Source: Acidobacteriota bacterium
GTDB taxonomy: Bacteria > Bacillota > Syntrophomonadia > Syntrophomonadales > DTU052
Direction: 5' to 3'
Assembly: GCA_050259595.1 (NCBI GenBank)
Contig: JBLNAX010000068.1
Location: forward strand, 3,905 to 67,904
Length of the DNA stretch: 64,000 bases
Under the pieces are notes generated by a model, which worked only from the letters and a program-made list of their open reading frames with translations, did not search any database and was not told the DNA's origin. Shown here piece after piece: positions 1-12,100 of this stretch (position 1 is the first letter of the stretch; every line of letters begins with the position of its first letter). The position numbers were made by a program, and so were the translations under genes.

Positions 1-1
1 T

Positions 2-403
2 GTTACATATATCCTGCCTTATTTGTTAGTTTTCATTATGGTCGCATTCTTTGCCCTGTCATTACCAGCCTATATGTTTGAGGACATTGGCCCTTTTGAG
101 GCTTTGCGGCGTGGTTTTAGGATTTCTTTTGAGCATCAACTACCCATGTTTGTTCTATTGTTGATAATGGTCGGTCTGATTCTGGTTTTGGTTGAGGGCA
201 TCAAATTCGTGGGCAACTGGTATATTACCAATGCCTACGTCCTGGTATGTTTCAACACCGCGCGTGCTGCAATGCTGCCTTTTGTGCAGGCTCTGCCGGT
301 GGTGGCTATATGCCTTTACTACCGCTATATATTGGGTGAACGACAGAATCTCGCAAATACTGGAACAGTCGAAGAAGCGCTAAGCGAAGCTGTAGCGGAG
401 TAG
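2..403 (+). CDS. integral membrane protein, N-terminus outside the window
   Basis: The frame is open from base 2 with no upstream stop. The product is a run of hydrophobic helices (FALSLPAY, MFVLLLIMVGLILVLV, LPVVAICLYY). Stop codon at 401-403. Confidence 0.45.
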   Translation, partial: VTYILPYLLVFIMVAFFALSLPAYMFEDIGPFEALRRGFRISFEHQLPMFVLLLIMVGLILVLVEGIKFVGNWYITNAYVLVCFNTARAAMLPFVQALPVVAICLYYRYILGERQNLANTGTVEEALSEAVAE

Positions 404-726
404 ACAGCAGCATTTTTCGATAATTAATAATGAGATCCCTGGTTATAGGCTGGGGATTTCTAAATTTTTCTTGATGTTATTACATACAGTCGAAAGATGT
501 CAGTGCTGATCCGTGCCCAATATAGTGGATGTTGGAGAGCTTGTTCAACTAATATTTATGCTAGATAAATCTACTTTTTGTCCTCTTTTGTCGGTGCTAG
601 CTTAATGCCACTTTGACTCTTATGAAGTATATTTGTAAGACAGGATTAAATTTCCTGGGTTTCTACCTCAGTAAGTATTGGGTTAATCACATCTCGAAAA
701 AGAAGAATTTGAAAGGGGTCAGTGCT

Positions 727-2775
727 TTGGTAAAGAGAAAGAATTTATCTTTGTTAGTGATCATTATCACATGCCTAAGTCTTTTAGCTCCGGTGTTCGT
801 AATGCCGCAGGCTGCAGGAGCGGCAAGTACTTATACAGCAATTAATGTGCCTAGTATTGATGTATCTGTTGAACAAAACAATTGTCAGCTTGGAAGGGTT
901 CTGGTCGAGATTGCCCCCGGTTCACTTATAAATGGGGATGCTATGACTATTATTGTACCCGGCCAGGTGACGTTGGGTCCAATCTGTGACAGTATAGGTA
1001 TTGCAAATCCTGGCATCGGCCCATATTACCCGGTAACCACAGAACCAACTGACTTATCAGCGGGTATTTATTTGTATGCTCCGATAACGTATGACGGGGT
1101 TGCTAATGCTATTTATGATAATACCCTTGAGGGCAATGCAAGAGAATTAAGAGCATCACTCTTAGTTGCACAAAAAAGCAGTCCGCAAACTATAGAAGTT
1201 ATGTGGAACCCAAATTTCACTGGTGTTTATCCAATGGACAGAAAAGGTTATCTATATATATATTTCTTGGCCAGTAAGGTCGCCAGTGGATTAAACGGAG
1301 ATATTCGTGCTACATTTATAGCTCCTGCGAACTCGGGATTCAGTTCTGGATCCTTGGTAATAGCCAAAACCAGTGCCCCCGTTACCAACCTGGACCCGTG
1401 GAATCTGGTGAACAGTTATGACCCGAACAGGTTTTTCTATGGAGCGTCTTTTGTTAATGGCAAGTTCATAATATGCGGTTATCAAGATGATGTGTGGTCT
1501 TCAGATGATGGCTTATCCTGGACGAAAATGGCAACTGGCTGCTATCTGCCTACCCGAGTAATTGGTGTACCTGAGAAACCGTTGGTGCTGATTTGCGGAG
1601 ACGGCAGTGTTCTCGCTTCAACTGATGCGGGGGCTTCATGGAGTCTTCAGTATAAAAGTACGGATTGGCTCAATGGTATAGCTTATGGTAACAATCGATT
1701 TGTGACGGTCGGGTATGCCGGCGAGGTTCTGATATCAGTCGATGGTTTGAACTGGAATTCGAGTCGGTTTTCTGGTGATACTTACTTGCATGACGTTGCT
1801 TATGGAGACGGTAAATTTGTAGCTGTTGGCGGTAACCGGGCGATCGAGGTTTCTACAGACGGCTTTAACTGGCAGAAGGTCGATTCAGGAGTTAGCGAAA
1901 CTATTGACGGGTTCGCAGTCGACTTCAACGGAGTTACCTATGCCAACGGTCAGTTCGTAGCAGTAGGGTTCAGAGGTACCACTCTATATTCGCGAGACGG
2001 ATATACGTGGACTCAATCACCTAGGATTGTTAGCAACACATTATTTGACATTACGTATGGGGACAACAAATTTGTTGCGGTTGGTGATTCCGGATCTATA
2101 ATTGCATCCAATAATGGACAGGTATGGAACGAAAAACACACTCCTATAGTCGCTGGTAGTCTTAAAGGAGTAGCCTACGGAAACGGAAGGTTCGTGAGTG
2201 CCGGTGATTGGAACGCACTGCTCTGTTCCACAACAGAGCCGATTAATGTTCCGGTTACCAGCGTAACTCTCAACCAAACATCACTTTCACTAAATACTGG
2301 TTCTACTGCAACTTTGACGGCGACTGTGGCTCCCAGCAATGCAACTAATAAAAATGTATCTTGGAGCAGCAGCAATACTGGGGTAGCTACTGTTGATAAC
2401 GGCATTGTTACAGCCGTAGCAGCGGGTACATCAACCATCACGGTCCAGACAGAAGACGGTGGTTTTACAGCCGATTGCTCAGTGACTGTAACTTCTCCAA
2501 ATGTGCCAGTTACAGGGCTTACCCTTAACAAAAACGGGCTTATGCTTACGGCAGGCGGCCAGCCAGTTGCACTGCAGGCTAATGTAGCTCCAGCTAATGC
2601 AACTAACAAAAATGTCACTTGGAAGTCCAGCAACCCCAAGGTGGCGACAGTTGACAGCAATGGAGTCGTAAAGCCGATCAAACAAGGCTTTGCATTGATA
2701 ACGGCTACTACCCAGGATGCTGGTTTTAAGGCATATTGCTTTGTTACGGTGATCAAACCACGTCACCATAGATAA
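727..2775 (+). CDS. secreted cell-surface protein: N-terminal module shared with the 6124 gene, beta-propeller repeats, two C-terminal Big_2 domains
   Basis: The track ORF is 613-2775. TTG at 727 lies 9 nt after GAAAGGGG and gives MVKRKNLSLLVIIITCLSLLAPVFVMPQAAGA, a signal peptide that aligns with the start of the 6124 paralog. Repeated YG(N/D)xxFV(A/T)VG blades are present. There are two copies of the Big_2 signature (VxPxNATNKNVxWxSSN ... TVxxxGxxTITxxTxDGGF). Confidence 0.8.
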   Translation: MVKRKNLSLLVIIITCLSLLAPVFVMPQAAGAASTYTAINVPSIDVSVEQNNCQLGRVLVEIAPGSLINGDAMTIIVPGQVTLGPICDSIGIANPGIGPYYPVTTEPTDLSAGIYLYAPITYDGVANAIYDNTLEGNARELRASLLVAQKSSPQTIEVMWNPNFTGVYPMDRKGYLYIYFLASKVASGLNGDIRATFIAPANSGFSSGSLVIAKTSAPVTNLDPWNLVNSYDPNRFFYGASFVNGKFIICGYQDDVWSSDDGLSWTKMATGCYLPTRVIGVPEKPLVLICGDGSVLASTDAGASWSLQYKSTDWLNGIAYGNNRFVTVGYAGEVLISVDGLNWNSSRFSGDTYLHDVAYGDGKFVAVGGNRAIEVSTDGFNWQKVDSGVSETIDGFAVDFNGVTYANGQFVAVGFRGTTLYSRDGYTWTQSPRIVSNTLFDITYGDNKFVAVGDSGSIIASNNGQVWNEKHTPIVAGSLKGVAYGNGRFVSAGDWNALLCSTTEPINVPVTSVTLNQTSLSLNTGSTATLTATVAPSNATNKNVSWSSSNTGVATVDNGIVTAVAAGTSTITVQTEDGGFTADCSVTVTSPNVPVTGLTLNKNGLMLTAGGQPVALQANVAPANATNKNVTWKSSNPKVATVDSNGVVKPIKQGFALITATTQDAGFKAYCFVTVIKPRHHR

Positions 2776-2803
2776 TTTAATAGATTATTAACAGATTGCC
2801 AAA

Positions 2804-2831
2804 CCCCTGGCCGTATGGCCAGGGGTTTTTC
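2804..2831 (+). terminator. rho-independent terminator
   Basis: CCCCTGGCC-GTAT-GGCCAGGGG followed by TTTTT, 29 nt after the stop codon. Confidence 0.7.
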
Positions 2832-3127
2832 TCATCCTATGCACAGTCGTTTTTTGTCGGGAGGATTATGCCTTCAAAACCCACTTAATAAAGCATTTAG
2901 TAAACAACTGTCTGTGTTTTGGACAAACCAAAAGAGGTTTTGTGTCTGCTTTTGTCGCTACAAACATAGTGTTTCAAGGTTCTGCCTGCTGTATATTTAA
3001 AATGTAATGCTAATAATGCTTGCACTCCATTCATCGTTGCAGTACTTGCACTCAACCCTGCCGATACTCGGTAGATATATTCATATTTGAACTAATGGTG
3101 ATATGCACAATATTGGGAGGGATCGCA

Positions 3128-5725
3128 GTGGGTTTTAGAAAGAAAAACCTGACCCGTTTTATTGCTCTGTGGCTATGTTTGTCACTAATGCTGACATTAC
3201 TGGCTGGATTCGGTGTGGCATTGGCTGAAGACCCCCCACCGTTTAGAACAGTTGATGCTGTATATCTTAGTGAATGGGCTGTAACGTTAAATATCGGCGA
3301 TGCACCGGTTCGTGTTACTTGTACTATTGTGCCAAGTAATGCAACCAATCAAGAAGTTATCTGGTCGTCTGCAAATAGTTCAATAGCCTCAGTGGAAAAC
3401 GGTGTCATAACACCACACAATCGAGGCGACACCTACATTACAGTTACAACTGTCGATCGGGGATTGTCAAGTGATTGCAGGGTAACAGTAATCGATCCAA
3501 CCATTCACGTTGACAATGTAACGTTGAGTCAAAATTCTTTGCATATGATCGCTAATGGTAATCCCGTGCAGTTGACATGCACTGTTTCTCCCAACGCTGC
3601 TACCAATAAAGAAATAATATGGAGTTCTGACAACCCCTCTGTGGCTATGGTTGTTGGAGGGCTGGTCACACCCAAGAGTGGCGGTACTGCTAACATTAGG
3701 GCTTCCGCTACCGACAATGGGAAATCTGACACTTGTTCAGTAAATGTTGATGGCGCAGGGGTGCCGGTTACCGGTCTTAGTCTTAACAAATCGAGCACAG
3801 TATTGGATGTTGGAAATAGCGAAGCTCTGATGGCCACAGTTATTCCCGACACCGCTAACAATAAGAACATTTCTTGGAGTTCCAACAACAATACGATCGC
3901 CTCGGTGAATGGTTCAGGCGTAGTCACCGCTAAGGCTCCGGGCACAGCAACCATAACTGCCACAGCCAATGATGGAGGCTACGCAAAATCTTGTGAAGTC
4001 ACAGTCGGCGGAATAGTGCTCAACAAGAACTCGCTTTCATTAGCTGCCAATGCATCGGAGAAGCTATCAGCTACAGTCTTGGGTGCTGCTGGTAAGGTAG
4101 TCCAATGGAGCAGTGACAACCCGGCTATAGCATTGGTGGGCTCGGATGGAACAGTCACCGGTCAGAAGTCAGGGTCTACAACAATAAAGGCAAAGATTGA
4201 AGGTACGGAGACATATGCCTCGTGCAGCGTTTCGGTTTTTATTAGGGCTGTCGGCGTAAGCTTGAGTAAAACCAGTGTCGAGCTCCACAAATACGGAAAA
4301 TCGAGCACGATTATTGCTACAATATCACCGACTGAAGCCTCAGCAAATGTGGCTTGGAGATCAGAGAACACATCGATTGCTTCAGTTGATGGCGGCGTTG
4401 TTGCGCCCTATGGAATCGGCACCACTAAAATCTACGCGACTGTAACCAACAGCGACGGGACCAAGGTCGATTCCCTTCCTTGCACAGTTAGCGTATTGGC
4501 TCCTGTGGCACCGACAAGTATTGAAATAGTTCCGACGTCAACGACAGTACAACTCAATAGAACTACATCTTTAAGAGCAGTTGTTCTGCCCGAGGACGCA
4601 GACCAGAGAGTGGTTTGGTCCTCTGAGGACAGCAGCGTAGTGTCAGTCTCCAGTGGGGTTCTGACTGGGAGAAAGTTAGGGAAAACTCAGATAACCGTTA
4701 AGGCCTTGGATAGCAGCTGCACGAAATCGCGCGAGATAACTGTTGAACCGGTAAAAGTTACCGGGGTCAGGCTTAGTTCTGAAAGAATTGACTTGAGTAC
4801 TGGAAGCAGACCGGGACGGCTGACATGTACGGTAGAACCAAGTGATGCCACCAATAGAAACGTATATTGGAATGTTGCGGATACTTCTCATACTATTACA
4901 TTCAGCAGTGCAACGGGTGCTGTCAGCGTTAACCATGCCGGTGAAGCAACGATTTACGTGAAGACTGAAGATGGCGGATATGAAGCTCATTGCTGGGTGA
5001 TAGTGGATGATTACATCAGTGGATCGGGTTACTGGTCCTCAGATACTAGTGGCTTATCGAGTTTCCCGGGGTTGCCAGAGCTCCAGCAATCAACAACCAA
5101 CGGCACCAGCAGCACATCCTCGACAACGAATAATTCGACCGCTAATCCCATTACTATACCCTCAGAGCCGGTGGTTCAAAAGCCTAGTGTCAGCGGATTT
5201 ACTGACATGTCCGGCAACTGGGCAGACGGTACAGTTAAGACTCTGGTTTCCAAAGGTGTTATGAAGGGGTATGCTGACGGATCCTTTAAGCCTAATAAGA
5301 GTATGACTCGATTTGAATTTATTGTAGCTCTATGCAGGTCGGTTGGCCTTAAAGAGGACAATCAAAAAAAGATAACATATTCCGATGCCAAAACCATACC
5401 CGTTTGGGCTAAGGGATATGTTGCGGCAGCCTACAAGGCAGGTATCATCCCCGGTGTGTGGGGGAAACAGATCCAGGGTAACAATGCAGTGACCAGAGCG
5501 GAGGCCTCTTATATGGTGGCCAAAGCATTAAAGGCGCAGATAAGTACAAAGCTTAAGGCTTTATTCAAAGATAAGATCCCGGTGTGGGCTGAGCCGTATG
5601 TGGCATTCGCGGTCCAGAAGGGCCTGGTAAATGGGTATCCGGACAAGACCTTCAAACCCGCTAAAGCATTAACCAGAGCTGAAGCTAGCAATATCTTGAA
5701 CAATTTGATCAAGACGAAAAAATAG
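3128..5725 (+). CDS. S-layer homology (SLH) domain cell-surface protein with multiple Big_2 repeats
   Basis: The track ORF is 3020-5725. GTG at 3128 lies 8 nt after GGGAGGG and gives MGFRKKNLTRFIALWLCLSLMLTLLAGFGVALA, a signal peptide. About 9 Big_2-like repeats follow. An S/T-rich linker leads to three C-terminal SLH repeats (FTDMSGNWADGTVKTLVSKGVMKGYADGSFKPNKSMTR, among others). Confidence 0.85.
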   Translation: MGFRKKNLTRFIALWLCLSLMLTLLAGFGVALAEDPPPFRTVDAVYLSEWAVTLNIGDAPVRVTCTIVPSNATNQEVIWSSANSSIASVENGVITPHNRGDTYITVTTVDRGLSSDCRVTVIDPTIHVDNVTLSQNSLHMIANGNPVQLTCTVSPNAATNKEIIWSSDNPSVAMVVGGLVTPKSGGTANIRASATDNGKSDTCSVNVDGAGVPVTGLSLNKSSTVLDVGNSEALMATVIPDTANNKNISWSSNNNTIASVNGSGVVTAKAPGTATITATANDGGYAKSCEVTVGGIVLNKNSLSLAANASEKLSATVLGAAGKVVQWSSDNPAIALVGSDGTVTGQKSGSTTIKAKIEGTETYASCSVSVFIRAVGVSLSKTSVELHKYGKSSTIIATISPTEASANVAWRSENTSIASVDGGVVAPYGIGTTKIYATVTNSDGTKVDSLPCTVSVLAPVAPTSIEIVPTSTTVQLNRTTSLRAVVLPEDADQRVVWSSEDSSVVSVSSGVLTGRKLGKTQITVKALDSSCTKSREITVEPVKVTGVRLSSERIDLSTGSRPGRLTCTVEPSDATNRNVYWNVADTSHTITFSSATGAVSVNHAGEATIYVKTEDGGYEAHCWVIVDDYISGSGYWSSDTSGLSSFPGLPELQQSTTNGTSSTSSTTNNSTANPITIPSEPVVQKPSVSGFTDMSGNWADGTVKTLVSKGVMKGYADGSFKPNKSMTRFEFIVALCRSVGLKEDNQKKITYSDAKTIPVWAKGYVAAAYKAGIIPGVWGKQIQGNNAVTRAEASYMVAKALKAQISTKLKALFKDKIPVWAEPYVAFAVQKGLVNGYPDKTFKPAKALTRAEASNILNNLIKTKK

Positions 5726-5738
5726 TAAGCATGACACC

Positions 5739-5772
5739 ACCCCGGTTCCGCAAGGGCCGGGGTTTTCTTTTT
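5739..5772 (+). terminator. rho-independent terminator
   Basis: CCCCGG-loop-CCGGGG followed by TTTTCTTTTT, just after the stop codon. The sequence is nearly identical to the hairpin after the 6124 gene. Confidence 0.65.
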
Positions 5773-6123
5773 ATCAGATATTCTTAAGATTCGTTTAGGT
5801 TTTCCTATAAACAACATTTATCGCCCTAATAAGCAACTTGATACGCGCAAAATGTCGAATGGTTTTATACAAGCCACAAGCCGTATCTGCCAGTCTCTCT
5901 GCGGAAACAATGCCAGTAATTAAACGGTTCTGGCTCGAAAAACTACAATCTGTGTCGTTATTATACGTGATGGTTACGGAATTTTTTCTGTATCATTAAT
6001 AGTAATACATTTCACAATTATTCGATGTTTAGATATTCTAGGATTCAGGTTTTTTTGAACCTGCGGATCAAGCCGTCGGTCAATGTTTCTATTTTATTCA
6101 ATAAATGATTTGGGGGGTCTAGA

Positions 6124-9100
6124 GTGATCAAAAGAAGTAGGGTTCTTTCTGTCTTGGTGTCTATCATACTTTGTGTAAGCCTAGTATTGCCCGGTTTTGT
6201 CATGCCGGGAACAGCGCAAGCCGCGACCGCTTATACGGCATTGACGGTTCCGGTTATTAATATCGCTACAAACTCAACCAATGTGGAGTTAGGGCGAGTT
6301 CTGGTGGAAATTTCTGCAGGATCTCTCACGCCCGGAGCCACATTGACGATTTCTGTACCAAATCAAGTTACCTTAGGGCCAGTATATGATAGTGTGTTGA
6401 ATTCGTTCTTGGACAATACTATCAGTAACCTTTATCCAACCACATCCCAACCAACAAATCCTAATCTAGGTATGTATCTGTACACTCCGACTATGTATGA
6501 AGGAGTCGCCAATGCGATTTATGATAGTACCCTGCCTGGTAACAATGGAGCTTTCAATGCATCTCTATTAGTTGCTAAGAAGAGTAGTGCTCAAACATTG
6601 GAAATATGCTGGAACCAGAATTTTAGAGGATCTTATGCTCTAGATAAAAAAGGCTACCTATATATATATTTCTTTGCTAGCCAGCTACAAGCAGGAATCA
6701 ATGGAGATATAAGTGCGTCTTTTACAGCCTCGGCAAACTCAGGATTTACATCCGGCCTTCTAGTAATTGGGAAAGTAGGTGGCGGTTCGGCTAGTGGTGG
6801 TGGCGGCGGTGGTGCTCCCGCACTGCCTGGTTGTTTTGGCTTTGACAAAGACCAGTATCAAGTTACTGAAAATGCGGGTGAAGTCACAGTCAATGTTCAG
6901 AGGACCGGCGGAAGTCAAGGAGTCGTTGGTGTAGCCTATAATGTTGCCAGCAACTCGGCCTGGGAAGGCAGTGATTATGCAGTGACACGAGGAACACTGT
7001 CTTTTGGCAATGGGGAAATGACCAAACAAATCAAGATTCCGATTATTGATGACGCTGTGTATGAAGGGACAGAGTATGCTTCAGTGTTTTTGTTTGACCC
7101 TACAGGTGGAGCAACCATAAGCACAAATGATCATACAGATGTTTATATTCTGGACAACGATGAGCCCAGCTGGTTGGGATCAGGTAGTCCTAATATAGTG
7201 CTTGATAACAAGAATAGCAGGTATGTATCGGTCTATCAGAAAAAGTTTAAAGGTGTTACAAATGATTTCTATCGGGTCTTCGGTCAATTTATCGGTTTAA
7301 ATGGTACCCCGATTGGCCAAGAATTTGCAATCAGTGATACAGATAGCACCGCACCGGTAATTGTTTACGATGATATCCGAGGTTGTTCACTGGTTGTCTG
7401 GACTGAATTTGCAGGTACGGGTTCCAATTCTCTCAAAGCGCGGATTATAAATAGCGATGGGACACTAAATGAAACAAAAGTACTAGCTAGTATTGAATAT
7501 CAGAGGACCGGCAATAATTACCTTCAGCCTTCCGCAGTATGGGACCCAATTAATCAGAGGTACCTTGTAGTATGGCTTGATGTTGGTCACGAACCTGGAT
7601 TATACACTACAGACTTATATGGGCAGCTTATCAATTATAACGGCAATAAAATTGGTTCTAATTTTGTGGTTTGTAGCGCTGCCAATGCTCAGTCAGAACC
7701 CAGTCTGACCTTCGACTCAACCAGTCAACATTATTTCTTAGTGTGGCAAGATGGGCGATTAGGGCAAAACGATATTTATGGACGATTGATTAACAGTGAT
7801 GGTTCTTTGCTTGGAAATGATATTGTTATTTGCAGTGACAGTGGAAATCAGCTTTATCCATGGGTTGCCTGTGACTCGAATACAGGGGCTTTTCTGGTTG
7901 CGTGGCAGGACTTTAATAACAACGACATTTGCGGGCAGGTTTTGGACAAGGCTGGAACACTTGTAAAATCAGAACTCTTGATTAGTGGTGCACCTGGGCA
8001 GCAATATACTCCGACAGTTGCTTGTGATCCTATAACACATAAATTCATGGTCTGCTGGATTGATGATCGAAATAGCTCAAACACAGGTAACGACATATAT
8101 GGTCAGATCATTAACGCCAACGCCTCGCTTAGCGGCAGCAACTTCGAGGTTTTGAAAGATTCCAGTGATCAGATATATCCTTGCTTAATATCCGGGGCTG
8201 GTGGCTTGTTCATGATAGCATATGAAAATGTTAAGAATCCAAATGTTATAGGATATAAGTTGGTTGAACTTGCAACCAGCGGTGGACAAATCAATATAGC
8301 ATCTTCAAGTTATACAGTTAAAGAAAATTCAGCCAGCATAATTGTTTCAATATGCAGGTCGGGTGGTTGTTTGAACGGAGTCAAAGTCGATTATAACACG
8401 GTTGATGATTCTGCCAAGGCGGGCACAGACTATACTTCGAGGACAGGGACACTAACCTTCGGTAATGGTGATACAGAAAAAACTGTGGAAATACCGATAA
8501 TCGATAATTCAAGTTATCAAGGAAATCGGACTTTTAAGCTAGTTATAAGTAACCCTTCAGGCGGCGGCGTTCTTTCTGCTCCACAGCAAGCTGTAATTAC
8601 TATCAAAGATAATGAATTGTCACCAAGCTCCCAACATGGAGGGCCCAAAATGGCCTATGATGACTTGAATGACCAGTATATGTCAGTTTTTGAGGGAGAC
8701 TTTGGTATTGTTGGCGGTCAAATTCTCAATTCCTCAGGGCAAGCAGTTTCTCCGGAGTTTCTTATTTCAGAAAACAGCTATGCCCCTTCGGTGGTTTACG
8801 ATAGCGTATACCATCGGTATTTGGTCGTTTGGCATGATTTCAGGGGGGGCAATGGCTCACAGATATACGGTCAGTTTTATGACTTATCTGGCTCAGCAAC
8901 AGGAAGCGAGTTCCTTATCACACCGCATCTGACATATCAATATCAAGAATATCCGGCAGTTGCTTTCGATAATATTAATAATCAGTTTCTTGTTGTTTTC
9001 GGTAACAGAAATGTTGGAAGCAGTATAAGTGGGCAATTGGTTGGGGCGGACGGCCGGTCCAAGGGATCGTCTTTTATAATTGGTAATTCTAATCCCGACT

Positions 9101-12100
9101 CGAATACCCCATGTGTCAAGTTCGACAGCAACCATCAACGGTATTTGGTCGCATGGGTAGATGATAGATCTAGTAAGGCATATGCCCAGTTGGTTGAAGC
9201 GAATGGGACACTGATTGGTAACAATATTGGGACTGGAGTAACCGCCGGTTATGAGTACACAACATCCATAGGCTACGATTCAAAAAACTTTAGATTCTTG
9301 TGGGTCTGGAGTGAAATCGAATATGGCAAAACAAATGGCTCTGATTTACTAGGGCTAATAGTTGATTCTAACGGCAATATCGAAAAACAAATCAATATCA
9401 ACATACCAGATGACCAAGCATGTTCATCAATTGCATTTGATTATTCTCGAAATAAGTATTTACTTACATGTATGAATGATAGATCAAGTAAGCCAGAAAT
9501 TATCACTCAATATATTTATGCCAATGGTTCATTATGTGATGAGTTCTTTTTCATTACTAATCTTGCCTATGCTAATTGGCCAACGGCTACATTTAATAGT
9601 AAATCAAATACTTTTCTAGTGGGTTATCAAAGTCAGAAAGTGTATCCTCCAATAGTATCCTATTCATCAGTAATTGATTCTGCTGCACGGGTGCATTTAA
9701 CATCGTACAGTTACAATGCTGACTCAGATGGCAAGAATGCAACAATACTAGTCAGCAGGTACGGTGATTTGAATTCCACAGTCTCAGTAGTGTACGCGAC
9801 ATCCAACTATACGGCGTATACGGTTTCTGATTATACAATGGTAAATGGGACTATAACGTTCAACCCCGGTGAGACACTAAAGAGCTTTAAGATCCCGATT
9901 ATTAGGAATTCTAACAGTCAGTTTAAACTGCTTCTCTCTAATCCAACTGGCTGTTTAATGGGGCACTGCAACTATGCGTTGATTACATGCAACCCGACTA
10001 CATCAGGAACACCAGTCAGTGTTACGTCAGTAGCATTGACTCCTAAAACCCTATCCTTGGCCGCGGGTGGAGAGCCAGGCGCGCTGTCGGCTACTGTTCT
10101 GCCGACAAATGCCACTAATAAAAATGTAACCTGGAGTTCAAGTGATACCAGCAAAGCAACGGTGGTCAATGGTATAATCGGACCGGTTGCAACTGGAACG
10201 GCATTGGTTACAGTTACTACGGCAGATGGGGGCTTTACCGATACCTGCACAGTGACTGTTCTTCCTCAGCCCACTTACGGTGTAACGGTTGGGGAAAAGA
10301 CCAAGACCGTTTTATATTCTGGAAGGACTGCTCAAACAATTGGGGACTTTACACTTACAGAATCCTGGCCAGGAAGTCTTCTGAGTGATAGAATGGTGAG
10401 CTTGACTCTACCAGCCGGTGCCCGTTGGCACATGACGAGTGTACAAAGCAATTACGGAAATATATCAACTAATGTCAAGAACGATGGGGTTGGTTCAGTC
10501 GCCTTTGCGACTGCAGCTTTAGCGGATTATAGTACTGATGGTCGTATCTTAAGATATATCGTCGCTAATAGCGGCAGCAGTCAAAACAGCCCTGCGATTG
10601 TTAGGTTCACCGGGTTGCAAATTGATGTGGCACCTAACTTCACTGGCGACATTTCTGTTTCTGTTGCAGGAACAGCCGGAGCAGCGGGTGTTGTTAAAGT
10701 AGCCACAGTTAATCCGCTGTTTACCATTAGTTCTCCAGGGACTGCAACATTGCAGACTAATGCGGCTGATCAAGCGGCTAGCGATATTATCATAAGTGAA
10801 GTATATAAAGCATCTCTTGAACGCACCACCGACAGCGTTTTTGATCGTAATGCCGGAGTCATTACATCCGTCTATTGTGATACGCTGACCCTCAAGGTTC
10901 CTTTGGGAGTGGTTTGGAAGAACTTGCCTACATTTACTGTTGAAGAAGCAGATCTTGCTTTAGACCAATCATCTGCAGTAATAAACGATAGGGAATGCTC
11001 GATTAACGTTAGAAGCACTTCCAGTAAAAGTAGTAGGATCCGGGTTAGCAACATTGTTCTATCTATTGCTAATACCGTACCTCCAGGTGATTTGAACATT
11101 GACGTTTTTGGAAGCGCCACTGCACGTACATACTTGTCATTCCCAAGTGTTACTAAGCTGTGCAGTTGCAAAGTAGGCACTGCGGTGAGTTCAATTCCGG
11201 TGCCAGTTACCGGTATAAGCCTGCCCGAAAAGCAGACTGTTTTGTTAGGACGCACCTTGACCCTTAATTCGACCGTAAACCCGTCCACTGCCACCAATAA
11301 GGGGATTACCTGGAGCTCAGCCGATAGTAAGATTGCCAGTGTATTGAACGGGACTGTGACCGGAAACAAGCTGGGCAAGACTACTATTACCGCTACAACT
11401 GTTGACGGGCATTTTAGTGACAACTGCGAGGTGACTGTCGATCCAGTCCTCGTGAGGAGTATTTCTATAACATCAAGTGTTAGTCTTGGAACAGCTAGCA
11501 ACAACTCCTGTGGGCTGAGTATTACATTCGATCCACCGGATGCGACAAACAAAAATGTATACTGGAGTTCAGATAATACCAGTGTTGCTATTGTCAGCAA
11601 CATTGGAGCGGTCACTGCTCTTAAAGCAGGGTCAGCATCAATAACTGCAAAAACTGAGGATGGCGGATTCGAAGCTCATTGTAATGTCATCGTTACTGAT
11701 AATAGCACTGGTACTTCCAGCGGTGGTGGTGGCGGCGGTGGTGGTGGTGGCGGAGTAGTGGATACTCCACCGGTAACCAGCACCAACGGTGAAGCATCCA
11801 TCAGCAAAGGCGGCGGCGGGACTATAGGCCTGAGTGGCGGAGAAGCCACAGTGGAGATTCCGCGTTACGCTTTTGATAGTTCTCAATTGCTTAAGATTAA
11901 GATCGAAAAGGACATTGATAGTTCCGGCAGTCCAGGGCAAGCGGCTTTGGCCAGTCAGGTTTTTGATTTCTCTGTTGATGGATACCAGAGATATACTTTC
12001 TTAAAGAATGTTACAATCACACTACATTATGACACATCACTTTATGACGCAAATGATAAGCTGGCTATATACTACTTCGATATCAATACTAATACCTGGG

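Noticed and set aside
2175-2756. Long antisense ORFs inside the surface-protein, arg and RHS genes (for example 2175-2756, 3529-3969, 10872-11615, 18300-18932, 54806-55291).
   Set aside because: These are shadow ORFs on the opposite strand of strongly supported genes. Their translations are low-complexity or repeat-mirroring, and they lack ribosome-binding sites.
2815-3000. A 61-aa ORF between the first two surface-protein genes.
   Set aside because: It starts inside the terminator hairpin, has no Shine-Dalgarno sequence, and its composition is Cys/Phe-rich and implausible.
11714-11752. A run of GGT/GGC codons (also at 6781-6815 and 47757-47775), considered as a possible microsatellite or phase-variation tract.
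   Set aside because: The tracts are in-frame, imperfect Gly-codon mixtures that encode poly-Gly linkers between domains. They are not homopolymeric or strictly periodic.
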